Shown one piece after another: positions 1 to 12,021 of a stretch of 64,000 bases of DNA. A model generated the notes under the pieces. It did no database searches, had not been told where the DNA came from, and worked only from the letters and a program-made list of their open reading frames with translations. Position 1 is the stretch's first letter, and the number at the start of each line of letters is the position of its first letter. Origin of the DNA: Asterias rubens (Eukaryota); assembly GCF_902459465.1 (NCBI RefSeq), contig NC_047062.1:4836001-4900000 (forward strand), read 5' to 3'. The position numbers were made by a program, and so were the translations under genes.

Positions 1-78
1 CCGAAGGTATATACGAAGTGTCCCGAATGTATGAAGTGTCCAGGGTACGAAGTGGCAAAGATACGAAGTGTCCGACAT

Positions 79-439
79 CAGTCAAAGACTAGTCTTCACA
101 GTTGGTGTATCTCAACATACGCATAAGATAACAAACCTCATGAAAATTTGAGCTCAATCGGTCGTCGAAGTTGCGAGATAATAATGAAATAAAAAACATC
201 CTTGTCATAGTACGAAGTTTTGTGCTTTCTGATGTTTGATTTCGAGACCTCAAACTCTAAACTTGAGGTCTCGAAATCAAATTCGTGGAAAATTACTTCT
301 TTCTCGAAAACTACGTCACTTCAGAGGGAGCCGTTTCTCACAATGTTTTATACTATCAACCTCTCCCCATTACTTGTTACCAAGTAAGGTTTTTTGATGA
401 TCATTATTTTGAGTAATTACCAATGTCCACTGCCTTTAA
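79..439 (+). mobile_element. TTAA-flanked MITE family 1 (Kolobok-like), 5'-truncated copy
   Basis: Shares the internal hairpin GATTTCGAGACCTCAA...TTGAGGTCTCGAAATC and the end TCCACTGCCTTTAA with about 10 other copies in the window. Confidence 0.85.
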
Positions 440-714
440 GCATTCCTGCTAAGCTAGTAAGCAAAAGACCAGTTTTAAATCATACAAGCGTTCGGCTGGT
501 AACCTTTTTTTTTGATAATCACAGTTGTTTTGTGCTTTTTAAATTTGTAATCTGGGCCGAGGATGTCCACAATGATTCTTTGCAAGCAATTATTGAGCAT
601 GCACGGGTCAAATTAATTAAGGATGCGATCTCATTCAATTTTGAGAAAGTCATGCAGGCCTTAAGTGTTCTCAGACTAAAAAAATAGTGAACAATTATCC
701 CGGCTCTCAAAAAA

Positions 715-855
715 NNNNNNNNNNNNNNNNNNNNNNNNNNNNNNNNNNNNNNNNNNNNNNNNNNNNNNNNNNNNNNNNNNNNNNNNNNNNNNNNNNNNNN
801 NNNNNNNNNNNNNNNNNNNNNNNNNNNNNNNNNNNNNNNNNNNNNNNNNNNNNNN
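715..855. other. Assembly gap (N run)
   Basis: 141 N. Confidence 1.
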
Positions 856-1339
856 ATAGGTAAACAAAAATAAATAATAATAGGTCAGATGGTGTAGCAG
901 GCTCACGGTCAAACTCTATAATTTTCTCTTTTAACTCAAATTTAAAAGTTTAGAGAAAGGGCCTGATAAGTAATACTCTTGCTCTCACGGTAGTACCCGC
1001 TTTAGTGGTTTATTAGGCCTATCGGATACTTGTAAAATAATGGCGACTGTTCGGAAACTATTGGCACTCTCATACAAAGATTTAGACCTCCATGTTTAGA
1101 TCTATATATATTTTCTTGTTTTGCCTGCCTGGAGAATAAATATTGGAGATGTGAAGAAAATAGGTGGGAAAGGGTCAGGTAGAACTGCGTGGTTAGATAA
1201 TCTTCGTGCCAAAAATAAAAACCGGGCCAGTTGCTATGCACAAAATGATTTGCGACTGATGTTGTTTCAGGGCCACCATAGGTTTTGCTGCGCTGACTGC
1301 CCCTGATGTAGGATTTGTGAAACCCGGCAGATTTTGTTG

Positions 1340-1440
1340 CACTATCTGCGCTTGCGCACCGAGGGGCATCATTAGACGCCATATTTGCGAAGCGTGAGAG
1401 AAGCTGGATTCAACGTTTGCTGCAAGTTGAAGTGTGTAAG
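1340..1440 (+). promoter_or_regulatory. Probable promoter / non-coding first exon of the SR gene
   Basis: GC-richer island with NRF1-like TGCGCTTGCGCA (1347-1358), YY1-like CGCCATATTT (1377-1386) and donor GT|GTAAGG at 1436. The coding exon has an acceptor 4 nt before the ATG, so an upstream exon is required. Confidence 0.45.
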
Positions 1441-3221
1441 GAAACGTTATTTTTCATATGTTTATCTTATTTTATGTATTTCTTTAAACAACACTGTATT
1501 TATATGTGTTTATTGCCTTCAAATGTTTTCATTGTTGTTCCAACTTGTTGTTATTAAGCTATCTTAAGTCATTATTTTTCAGCAGGTTGCTGTTTGTTGT
1601 TGGAAGCTTCAGCTAGACAGAGAACGCAACCGCCGTGGCCGCGCCGGACAGTCCTTGGTTGCTCGGCTCGCGTAGCGTCCTATTTTTTATATATCCACGG
1701 TTTACGTTCATGATTCCTAGGGACCTTACTTAGTATGTATCTGTTGAATAAATAAAAATGCTACTTTTGTTTTTTGCTAGATCTGTTATGAAAATAAGAA
1801 GGGGTAAAAAAAGGGCATGATGAGCCGGGGGGGGGGGGGGGGCTCACATTTAAATAAATTTTTGGGGAAAAGTTTCCATATGCATATGGGGCGCCACCAC
1901 TTTTTCATTTGAATATGAGATAATAAAGTATCATTCTAATTTACCTACATGAGATATCCCTAATTGTTTAAATGAGTGGAAAATCGGTGGTGTCGTATGG
2001 AAAGTTTTTTTTTTTTGGGGGGGGATTGGAATGAGGTCCACATTTTAACTGTTTTTTTTGTGTGTGTTAGGGTGCAAGAAGAAGAGATGAGGCCCACAAA
2101 TTATTAATTGTTTTGGAGGGAGAGGGGGGGGCGCAGGGTTCCCTTTGCCGGTGCTCCGCGCTGTTACATTTTGTCCGGGCGCTAGTCGTGCTAATCCAAT
2201 CCTGCACGATTTTAAGTTGCCAGTGCATACTAGTTGCGATAGCGTTGCCCTACTCCCGACCGCGAAGCTGGTGTGTTACAAACCAGGATTGAATTGTACA
2301 GGGTTAAATGGGTCCTTATTAAAAGCTGACAACAAGCCGACAACAAGTCCAGAGTGCCGTCAACACGCTGACAACAAGTTTAATAATCTCCAAAACCGCA
2401 AACCAAAGCTTTAAAATACAGAAATGTCAATGCACATCTTCACGAAAAGTCTGAAATTTTATTCAGAAAAAGCGAAGTAACATGGCAAAGTAACACGGCG
2501 ATCAGTTGCCATCTTGGCTTAAAAACCATGTTTCGGCGCGTCATTATGGTACGGGTAGATTACTCACTAACTAACAACAGAGGGCGGGCATCGAGTGAAG
2601 ACCTTCGTTACACTGTCATGAGTGAGTGCACAGTTGAAGGTCATTACATGACGCCCACCCTCTATTGTTTTGTAAACGTATTTTACCATAACTGGTTAAT
2701 ACGTTTTTACATGCTAAAAATAATTTTTGTCTCACTGAGACCCAAATTCATTTGTGACTTGTTTTTTTCTCATCTGTGAACATAATGTTTTGTCTTACAA
2801 AAAGTTACAAATCCTTTAATCATGAGAGTTACAAAGGGCACTTCCATTGAGAAAGTCTATGATGGGGCACTTTTTGAAGGGGCACTAGGTCCAAGACCAT
2901 GTTTGGATTTGTTTTTGTACATTCAATGGAATTTCATCTTTGAATTGAGAGAGCAAAGCCATTTTCATTGGGGACCCTTGTTCTCACATCAAAAACCAAA
3001 CGACAAGGGACAAGCACAACTACAGGCAAACAACCGAAGAAAACAAAGAAATACTATAAAAGTAAACAAAATCACAAAGAATATGGAGAAACTACAGTTT
3101 AAAAATGGCAAAAAATTATTGCACAAGCATGATAAAAATCTACAGGAGAACCGTACTATCCAAATTAATTAATTTTGTAAAAGGTTTTTATTTGTATGAT
3201 TTTATTTCTGCTCACAGCAAG

Positions 3222-6200
3222 ATGAGCCGAGTATATATTGGCCGTCTGAGCTATCAGGCGAGGGAAAAAGACATTGAAAGATTTTTCAAGAACTACGGCC
3301 ACATCAGAGAGATCAATCTCAAGAATGGTTTCGGCTTTGTGGTAAGTATTGTACAGTCCAGTAATCATTTGTTTATTAACAATGAAGCAATGAAGCAATT
3401 TTTCAAACTTACGATCATTCAAATGGTTAAACAAGGCCTTGAAATAGCACTCAACATCCACAGCAATTGCAGTGGTGGCCTGTGCTTTTTCTGTAGTGCC
3501 CTCTGCTTTCATTTTCCACCATAAAAGTGCCCCTTGTACTAGAGGAAATTTGGCATGATTGGCAATTTAATGGAGTTTCTGAAGAAAAAAAGTAGTCCTT
3601 GGTTGCTATCCTTGATAGAGTTGTTATCTCATTTCCGATGCTCTGAAGAACTACACTGTCGAGGCTAAAAATGAGATATTTGCAATTTCAGGCGCATGAT
3701 CTTAGCTTTAGTTACTTACACAACCAGCTTGTAACTAAACATAGGTGGAACTTACCAAGCTGAGGCTGAATGGCTTTATAAAGTAAATCTGCAAGGAAAA
3801 CATTACTAAATAAGTTTCCTTTTCCCCCAGGAATTTGATGATCGCAGAGATGCTGAGGATGCAGTTTATGACTTAAACAATAGAGAACTTTGCGGTGAAC
3901 GGTGAGCATTCAAGGAAATCACTTTTTTATGCAAATTTATTCATTAACTTTTATAAAAAAAAGTATTTCAAAACAAGCCATTGGATAACTGCCAACGCAA
4001 TTTTTATGTAAAGATTATTGTTATCTTTTTGTACAGGGTGATTATTGAGCATGCACGTGGACCAGCCAGAGGAAGAGATGATCGCTACGGAGGTTCTAAT
4101 GATAGAGGAGGGGGTAGGGATAGAGGTGGCAGTGACAGAAGACCAGGCTGGATCGACAAGTAAGGAATACAGTCATCTTCTTTGTTGATCTTTATTGTTG
4201 CATTTACTTTTAAAGGTATACTACAGGTTGGTAGGGATAAAAAACATAATTGTTAAAAAAAAATCTCTGAAAGCTTAGCGAATTATGGAAAAATTTCCCT
4301 ACATTATGAAGTTAAAATCAGAAAAAAAACTGGATCTAAAAATGAGGAAAAAAGTAACGGCTGATAAAACCGGAATTAAGGACAGTGTGTTTACTACATG
4401 CTGACAATTGTGCATGGCTTTTCACTATTTGCTCTCGACTCACAATGGATGAAGGCAATATTTTCACAGGTTTGCTATTTCATGCTTTGGTCATTTACAT
4501 AATAAAACATGAACTCTGTGACTACTTTGTCATCTCTACCAATCCTGTATAATGCCTTAAAGTAAATCCATTGTGTAACTGTTTACTTTTAATACACAGC
4601 TGATGAGTGTAGTTACTCTCCATTTGGAGCAATAAACCATTTACACCACAAAGAAAATTTGATGACTTATCATGGACGTTAAAAACACAGTATCACTCAA
4701 GCTTACAAAAAAAAATATTTGAAGCTTTAGACGTGTTCAAGCAATAAATGAAGAAGTAACTAACTATCTTGCTGTGACAGATTCATCTACATATTTCTAT
4801 GCTAACCACGAAATTATAAGTTGGCTTAAAATGTGTAAAGTTTTAGGTGAAAGGCTTTATCAGCCAAGAAAAACATGGCGTCTTTCAACAGACATGGCAT
4901 TCCTGGTGATGTGTTTTGTAAGCATTTCTGTATGCACGAAAACTGTTCCTGATTGTGTGGACTATCTGGGCCACATCATGAATCATTGTCAATGGGCAGC
5001 CACTTAAAATACTCTTTTAAAAGCAACAGTTTAAAAGGAGTTTCAAAATAGGAGTGTGTGGTGTGTATATATCCCTAGATGACCTGGATGGCTGAACAGA
5101 ACGAAGGGGAAATGCTGAAATTACCCCTAACTGATCGTGATGTTTCTTCTCAAAGTTGGGTTACTGAAACAGAACCTCTGATGTTATGCTTTTCATCACT
5201 CTGTTAAATTGATATTGAAGCGTTTTGTAGACTTGCTCTTTCTTTTTTGAGAAAGTGGGCCATTTCTTCCACAACTTTTGAAGATCAGTGATATGCACAT
5301 TGGGGTTATTCAGCTAAAAAAAAAATGTTGTTACAGATGATTGAAGAAAAAGCATGTCCTTTTGCTTATTTGAGATTTCAACCTGTGAAGCAGCATGTGA
5401 CTTAGGCAGATAAAGCCGACTACCCCTGAAATGCAAACATAATGTATATTTTCCCTTTGTTCCTTCAGTCATAACGGCTCAGCGTCTTTTTCTGGTCGAT
5501 CTTCTAGGTGAGACACTCAAAAATTATTCTTCTCAAAATAAGTAAGAAATAAACATTGCATTATAATTTAAGGTGCTTTTAAAGGTTTGACATGATTGAA
5601 TCTGTTGTGGTTTTGAAAACCTGACCAATCCTTGTAACATGAAGAATGTCGCCACCAATTTTCTTTAAAAGATTAGTTACCCTGATTTACTAATCCATCT
5701 AAGCTTAAATCCATCCAATTCATGAAATGTGCCACCCTGGTGTAGGTCCACAAGGGGATATATACACACACTCACACACACACACACATGATGATTATGT
5801 GTATTACCAAATGAGCATTCTGTTGTCCTCCCTGTAAGATGTATTTTGCAAGAACATGATCACGATAACATTATTTGAATTTTTGTGGCATATTTTCAGA
5901 TACGGTCCACCTGTACGCACTGATTTCCGTGTCATCGTTGATAATCTCTCCAGTCGTGTCAGTTGGCAGGTATGATTTCAGTTTGTTGTTCTGTTCATAA
6001 TTGGCACACATTACAATACATACCATCCAGTGGTTATAATGAACTTCATCATTTGCAATCGTTTGTCCAGCTTACCCGATTGATTTTTAGACCTTTCTTC
6101 CTTAACTTGCCCTGACTTCTGGGAATGGCTGAAAAAACAGTCATTGTCTTATTTTCTTAAAGCCCTCAAAAGACTATATTGATATTGTATGGTAAAACAA

Positions 6201-9200
6201 GTGGCCAACTGACCAATGCAATGTTGTCCTTTCTTCAGCACTATTTTAGCGACTGAGATGTCCATGTAAGGCACTGAGGGTTGTCTCTCTATCTGAGGGA
6301 AGGTACCCCCCTTGTACCACTAACGAAGGGCTTAAAAGGTCTAGGTCATGGCAGATGATGATGGTCTATCGCTCTCTGAGGGCCGAGAATAAACAGGGCT
6401 GTGGCTGCTGAAGCGTCCTCCGCCTCATGCTCCTTAACCATCCCCCCATTGTGTGTAGAGAGAAACGAGCAGGCAGATGGCTTAATCCTTTTGGCAGTTC
6501 TGGTTGGACGACCGCCCTGGGCTGGCTGTACATCTTCCCCCGAGGGATGTTCTATGCAAAGTTTTTTCGGCCGAAACTGTGGCCCCCTAAAATATCCAAC
6601 GTTATTTTTTCACACATGAAGAATCTATGTTTTTAGCCAAAAGATCAGCACTGAAGAAAAAAAAGTACGATGTGAAAACTTTGAAGTGAAAGAAAAGAAC
6701 AGTAAACAAAATTAGAACAGTAGAACCGTTACACCTTTTTTCCTAAGAAATTGGTCAATTGTACTAAGTTGGTTGCAATTCAAAACATGTCAACTGTTTC
6801 AAACGACATCTCAAAATTTTGGTAACCTTCATTTGAAATATAGAAATATACATTTTGGCATTGATCACCTTCTCTAGAAATTTGAAAATGAAACCATGAA
6901 GGTGCAAAAACAATCGGGGAAAAACCTCCTTGGCATTTATGTGGAGGAATGCAAAAGAAAGTTGTGTGTCCTTCTCCAACTGCTCATCAATCCCAATTTC
7001 TATTGGGTTGAAATTCTACTGATGGTTACCACCACCTGGGCCAATCTGTGCTGAAGCTGGGCTGGCTGGCTGGCTGTTTTGCATAAAGTGTGACCCACCC
7101 CCGAGGGGTGCCTCTCTGTCTGGCTGTTCTCTCATGGGTCTTGTAGCTGCCCCTCTCAAGTAAATATCGATGGCTGATGAGAGCTTGGCCTTACTATCTG
7201 TGGAAGGTATAGTAATGTTAAACCATCAGGGAGTCCACAGTCACTTTTAAGATAGAGCACATGAACAACCATAAGGGAGACGTCTTTAGTTTGGGAAAGT
7301 AAACATTTTTAATAAATAGTTTGAATCTTGATGGGTGTTCAGGGTAAGGATGAAATATGCAAGAATTTAATTGCAAACTTTTTATTTTTTGTTACCAAAG
7401 TTTCTTTGCCTGACTGACAGTACTTCCTTACTACATGTTCATGTGTTCTTTCTCTCTTGGTGATCAATGAGCTTGTGTTTTAATCAGTTGAATTAAGGGG
7501 TAGGCAATCTTGTTGCTGAAGGAGGCTGCTGGACTACGCCATCCGAGATCATCAACGATGTTCTAGATTGCTCCAAGGATAGCTCCAGCCAACATTTTCA
7601 TTTGTTTCAGGCATATTTATTACTAATGTGATCAGTTATTGTAATGAACACCATGAACTACATAATCTAAAACTTTAAAAAATACTTGCAATTAGTGAAG
7701 ACATAACATTGTTTACTGTGTTTACATTGTTTACCGACTTCAAAAGATTGGGCCGTTGTATGGCGACACGGTTTTGCGTTCTCTCGTTACAAGTGACAAT
7801 AATACATTATTCTATTCTATTCTACTGTGCGGACAACATTTCCTGGTGTTCTTTACATTAACAACCCTGATTTTTGTTCCTTTACCAAATTATTACAATC
7901 CCATGGTAACATGAACCTTTTTATGAAAATAAAAAAGGATATTATTTTTGTTATCAGTTGTGTTCATGAAATAGAATTGATTTTCATGATAAGTCTTCTA
8001 AAGACCAAAAAAAAACATGTTACTGTGAGATTGTTTGATTTTTATTTATTTTGTTGTGCGTTATTCATTTGTATCGTATTCCTTCCCTAGATATGTACCT
8101 GGCGTGCTCCTGTAAAATAAACCAAGTTTGCCCTTATTCCAAATATTGTCACTTATAGCATGCAACCAAAAGTGATCGCTTATCAGCATGACACCATCTC
8201 CTTGGCTCGAATAAGATCTCTCAAACCCTTTTATGTTGCCACCCTCCCTCCCCCCCCCCCCCCAAAAAAAAGTTGCATAATCTCTGGATGTAAACTTTCA
8301 AAATTGTCTTTGATGTCCTTTTTTTGATTGGTATTTGTACCCATATGTTTCCTTGCTGTAGGATCTGAAAGATTACATGCGTCAGGCTGGTGAAGTGACC
8401 TTTGCAGATGCCCACAAACAGCGCAAAAATGAAGGGTATGTTATATGTTCACAATGAGATTAATTTTGCTCACTGATTGCTCCCTGATTTTGCTCACTGC
8501 ATGGACCAAAGTCGGCCCAGTCTGGAATTTCATTTCAAATGGGAAAAACCTATTCAGTGAGAATTGGGACACTGCATAAAGCAGTGTTGAATGACACTTG
8601 ACTCAAATAGATAAAGCAGTCATTGTTAAAAAATGTTCTAGCTGTTTCAATTATGAATTTCTTTTTAAACTATTAAGTAACCCTCTGCTACCGCTTCCCA
8701 GGTTGTAGCATAAATTTACGTTTGATTCCTGACATTCAGGAACGGTTTAAATAGCTTCTAACTGGTACCCTGAACGAAAATATTTACAAAATAGGGAGAC
8801 TGCCAACACCACCAAAGGGCTCAATAGCTCAGTCTGTAGAACACTGGCTTGTTAATCTGGAGGTGGCATGTCTAGTTTTGAAAACTTGACTTTGTTCAGC
8901 CCAAAAGAATGCAATTTCAATGTAAACTATTATTCATTTGTTTGATCCTTATGTGTTGTAGTTGTTAATTTTGTATCTTGTTTCTCATGCAGCATTGTCG
9001 AATTCAACAACTTAAACGACATGAACAATGCTATCAAAAAGCTAAACGGAACCGAGTTGAGTGGAAGACACATCAAGATAATGGAAGATACTCCACGGAA
9101 GAAGTAAGTTGTTTTTCTAGAATATCTCTCCAAAGGTTTCACAAATCCAGAGAGAATTGTATGTTTATTAATAGTGAACAACAATCTTCGAGAGAATTGT

Positions 9201-10039
9201 ATGTTTATTACTAGTGAACAACAGTCTGCTGACGAGTGGCTGTCCAAAACACCAACTTAAGTCTCCATTAAATAATGTGGGTTTTTTTATTTTAGAAATG
9301 TTATTATAATGTTCTAGGGTGTTAAACTTTTGCGTGTCTTCTTATAGTTGTCACATTATTGACTTTTTTTTGCATATTTTCAAGAACCTGACTATGAACT
9401 GTGAATTCTGAAGAAATTAAGATTCGAAATATGTAATTACGGTTTGTGTTTAGCTTCATGCTTAGCATTATAATGTGGGGTGCATGTGTGTAACAGCTCC
9501 CTTAAAATTGATAAATACAAAGAAAACATGCATGTGCATAAAAGCTTTTAGACAACAAAATGCTTGGGTCATTTAGTCGCCAGTTCATAGAGCCAGTCTT
9601 TATATCAGATGTTAATACACCCCCATATGACCAGTCGTTAACCAATCCAAATGCAAAAACACTCGAAGGTTTGTTCCCTTTTCTTATTTGTTTAATGTAT
9701 TTTATCCACAGGAGAAGTTATACTCGTAGTCGCTCTCGATCTAGATCTCGTTCCCGCTCACCTCGCCGATCTCGTTCTCGCTCACCCCGTCATTCTCGCT
9801 CCAGACGCTCACGATCTGGAAGCCGCTCCAGGAGCAGATCTCGCTCAAGGGACCGCAAGAGCAACAGCAAGAGTCGTAGCCGAAGCAAGAGTGCAAGACG
9901 TAGCCAGTCTAAGTCACCAAGGTGTAGTGTATCACCGCGCAAATCAAAATCCAGATCTAGATCCAGATCCCGCTCCCCACGATCCCGTTCTCGATCCCGT
10001 TCCCACTCAAAGTCAAGATCACACAGCCCCTGCGACTAA
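3222..10039 (+). CDS. SRSF4/5/6: SR splicing factor, SRSF4/5/6 (B52/SRp55) type: two RRMs plus RS domain, 298 aa
   Basis: Exons 3222-3341, 3831-3901, 4037-4159, 5900-5969, 8362-8435, 8993-9103, 9712-10039. All introns are GT-AG and the phases join to 897 nt. Translation gives MSRVYIGRL...KNGFGFVEFDD (RRM1), [42 protein letters not shown] (pseudo-RRM2 with SWQDLKD) and a C-terminal RS repeat. Confidence 0.96.
5469..5507 (+). CDS. Candidate 39-nt in-frame cassette exon in the SR gene RRM1-RRM2 linker
   Basis: Acceptor ttttccctttgttccttcag, donor TAG|GTGAGA, phase 2-2 matching the flanking exons. Inclusion changes WIDKYGPP to [21 protein letters not shown] with no stop. Confidence 0.7.
6239..6302 (+). 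other. Candidate poison (PTC) exon in the SWQ|DLKD intron of the SR gene
   Basis: Branch point CTGAC (6209-6213), pyrimidine tract and AG at 6237-6238. The in-frame read is HYFSD-TGA (stop 6254-6256). Possible donors at 6266 (CAT|GTAAGG) and 6303 (AAG|GTACCC). Confidence 0.6.
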
Positions 10040-11578
10040 GGAAGTCGGATAGCTTGAGTACATTGTAATGGTTCAGTACAGATATGCAAATGGTACATTC
10101 AAGAAGGGTGTGCAAACAAATAGTTGTACCAAGATCCTTAATGTTCAATGTTAATATTAAAGACTAGGGTCAAAATATTGGACTATTTCCATGTTATTTG
10201 TGTATTATATCCAAGTTTTTGTTTATGACATTACTGCCCCCATGATTAAAGGGTCAAGGTGAACGGACGATCTGGTTGTAATGTCAATTTTGGTGTAGAA
10301 ATAATATTTTTAAATGAAAAGGATTAACTTGGTAGTTTTGTTCAAGAGGAAGGCATTGATAATGTTCGTTTTCAATTTCATGTAATACTATAACATCAAA
10401 AATTACATAGGGGAATGAATAGATTCGTCTCTACAACATACATGTAATTGCAAAGAAAATAATGGCATTTTTTGTAGAGTTTCTTTTCATAAAATGATTT
10501 CATGGTTATTTTATCCAACTATAAAGCAAGGAAAGTATGGTATAAAGCAAACCAATAAATTCTTTTTTCTTTTTGGGGGGGGGGGGAAATGTGATGGTGG
10601 TGTTCATGCACTTTTTAAAGCTGTACATTAAGTGATTTTGTCTCCTTTCTGTTATTAAGTATCAGTTTTATGTTTTGTTTCATTCATTACAATGTGTGAA
10701 AGATGAGCAGGAATATTATCAGTACATGAGTAACGGGCAACAAAAGTTTTTAAGGGAATCGGCGCAACAGTCGAATTTGTGCCAATTTATTTTCTCTTAA
10801 AAGAAGAAATCACATTAAAAACTTGCTTGGTAGCCATTTTCATTCATCTCTTCTTTTGACGTATTCCAAACTTGAAAGGCAAATTTCTTAATGACTTGGA
10901 ACATGTTTGGTACATTTTTTTTATTTTAATGATTTCTGTATGGATGTGTTTTTATTATAACAGAATGCATGGTTTGCATCTGAAATCAAACAGGCTTTCG
11001 GGCGATAAGTTCTAAAATCTCAATCAATGGTGATATAGGAAAAACTACAGTGGATTCCTTTAGGTTGTACTTGTCAATAAATACTATTTTTCAGTTGGTT
11101 AATTCTATTCACTTTTTCATCAAATTTAACTGTCTCATTGTGACTGATATTGTTTGTGTATGTGAAAATAAACTTAAAATGTATTTGGAATTTTTTGTGA
11201 TTTTAGGAAATTAATTTCTTTTTGTTAGATGTGTCCGATTCAAACTTCTGTAAGTTAGCAACTTCAGGAAGGATTCAAAGTTTCAATACCTTTCATTTTT
11301 ATTCAAAATAATAATAATGAGTGGACGAACATGTCAAAGTGTCTGGGAGAAAGAAGCCATCACAGGTCCCATACATGAAAGTTCCATACTGTGACGGTGA
11401 GGATGGGAGATGTTTTACGAATTGAAGATAACGCCTTGCATTAATGAAATAATGCTTGCAGTGCTTAAGTCGAGTGGTGTCCTCGAATCACAATGGTTCC
11501 CCAAGTCTTTCTGTCCCCCATTGCTGACTTGAAATCTGTTGATTCAAGTCCCGTGGTGTTTTTTGAGAAAGTCGGTGC

Positions 11579-12021
11579 TGGTGTCGCATGCAATTATGTC
11601 CTCTATGCAATACTATCCGGAGCATATGCAATAATGTCCGCCAGACGATTTTGCATATGTAATCGTGTCCGTCCGGACACTGCTCCATAATGCAATTGTG
11701 TCCGCCCGGACACATTTGCATACGCAGTTGTGTCCGCCCCGTGCAAAACCGTCCTTGCAGTAAATTAAACGCCCTTGGTCGACAGAATATGTTCGCCATT
11801 TTTTACAAGCTTAATTGCATGTCATGAATGACATGGGAAATGTTCGGCCATTGGGTAATCGCTGCAATCATAAAATACGTGAATATTCCTGCTGCATATT
11901 ATGTAGGTTCAGTGCATGCACGCTCGCTTACACGCGCACATACATGTACGGACACGATTGCATATGCAAAAGTGTCGGGAGTGGACAATATTGCATGGCG
12001 GACACAATTGCATCTGACACC
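11579..12021. mobile_element. TIR element (GGTGTC...GACACC) with internal repeats; inverted homologue at about 53304-53670
   Basis: Two dispersed copies share ATGGCGAAC...GTCGACCAAGGGCGTTTA and TGCAATTGTGTCCGCC blocks. Confidence 0.7.

Noticed and set aside
676-912. ORFs containing X runs (also 35224-35599)
   Set aside because: Artefacts of N gaps.
3105-3524. 139-aa ORF as a single-exon gene
   Set aside because: Only 3222-3341 is coding; the rest is intron read-through. The same applies to ORF-track extensions of the other exons.
6350-6410. Possible C/D snoRNA (ATGATGA...CTGA) in the SR intron
   Set aside because: Box spacing is too short and there is no terminal stem.
8818-8880. Degenerate tRNA-like segment (GCTCAATAGCTCAGTCTGTAGAAC...)
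   Set aside because: No intact B box or acceptor stem.
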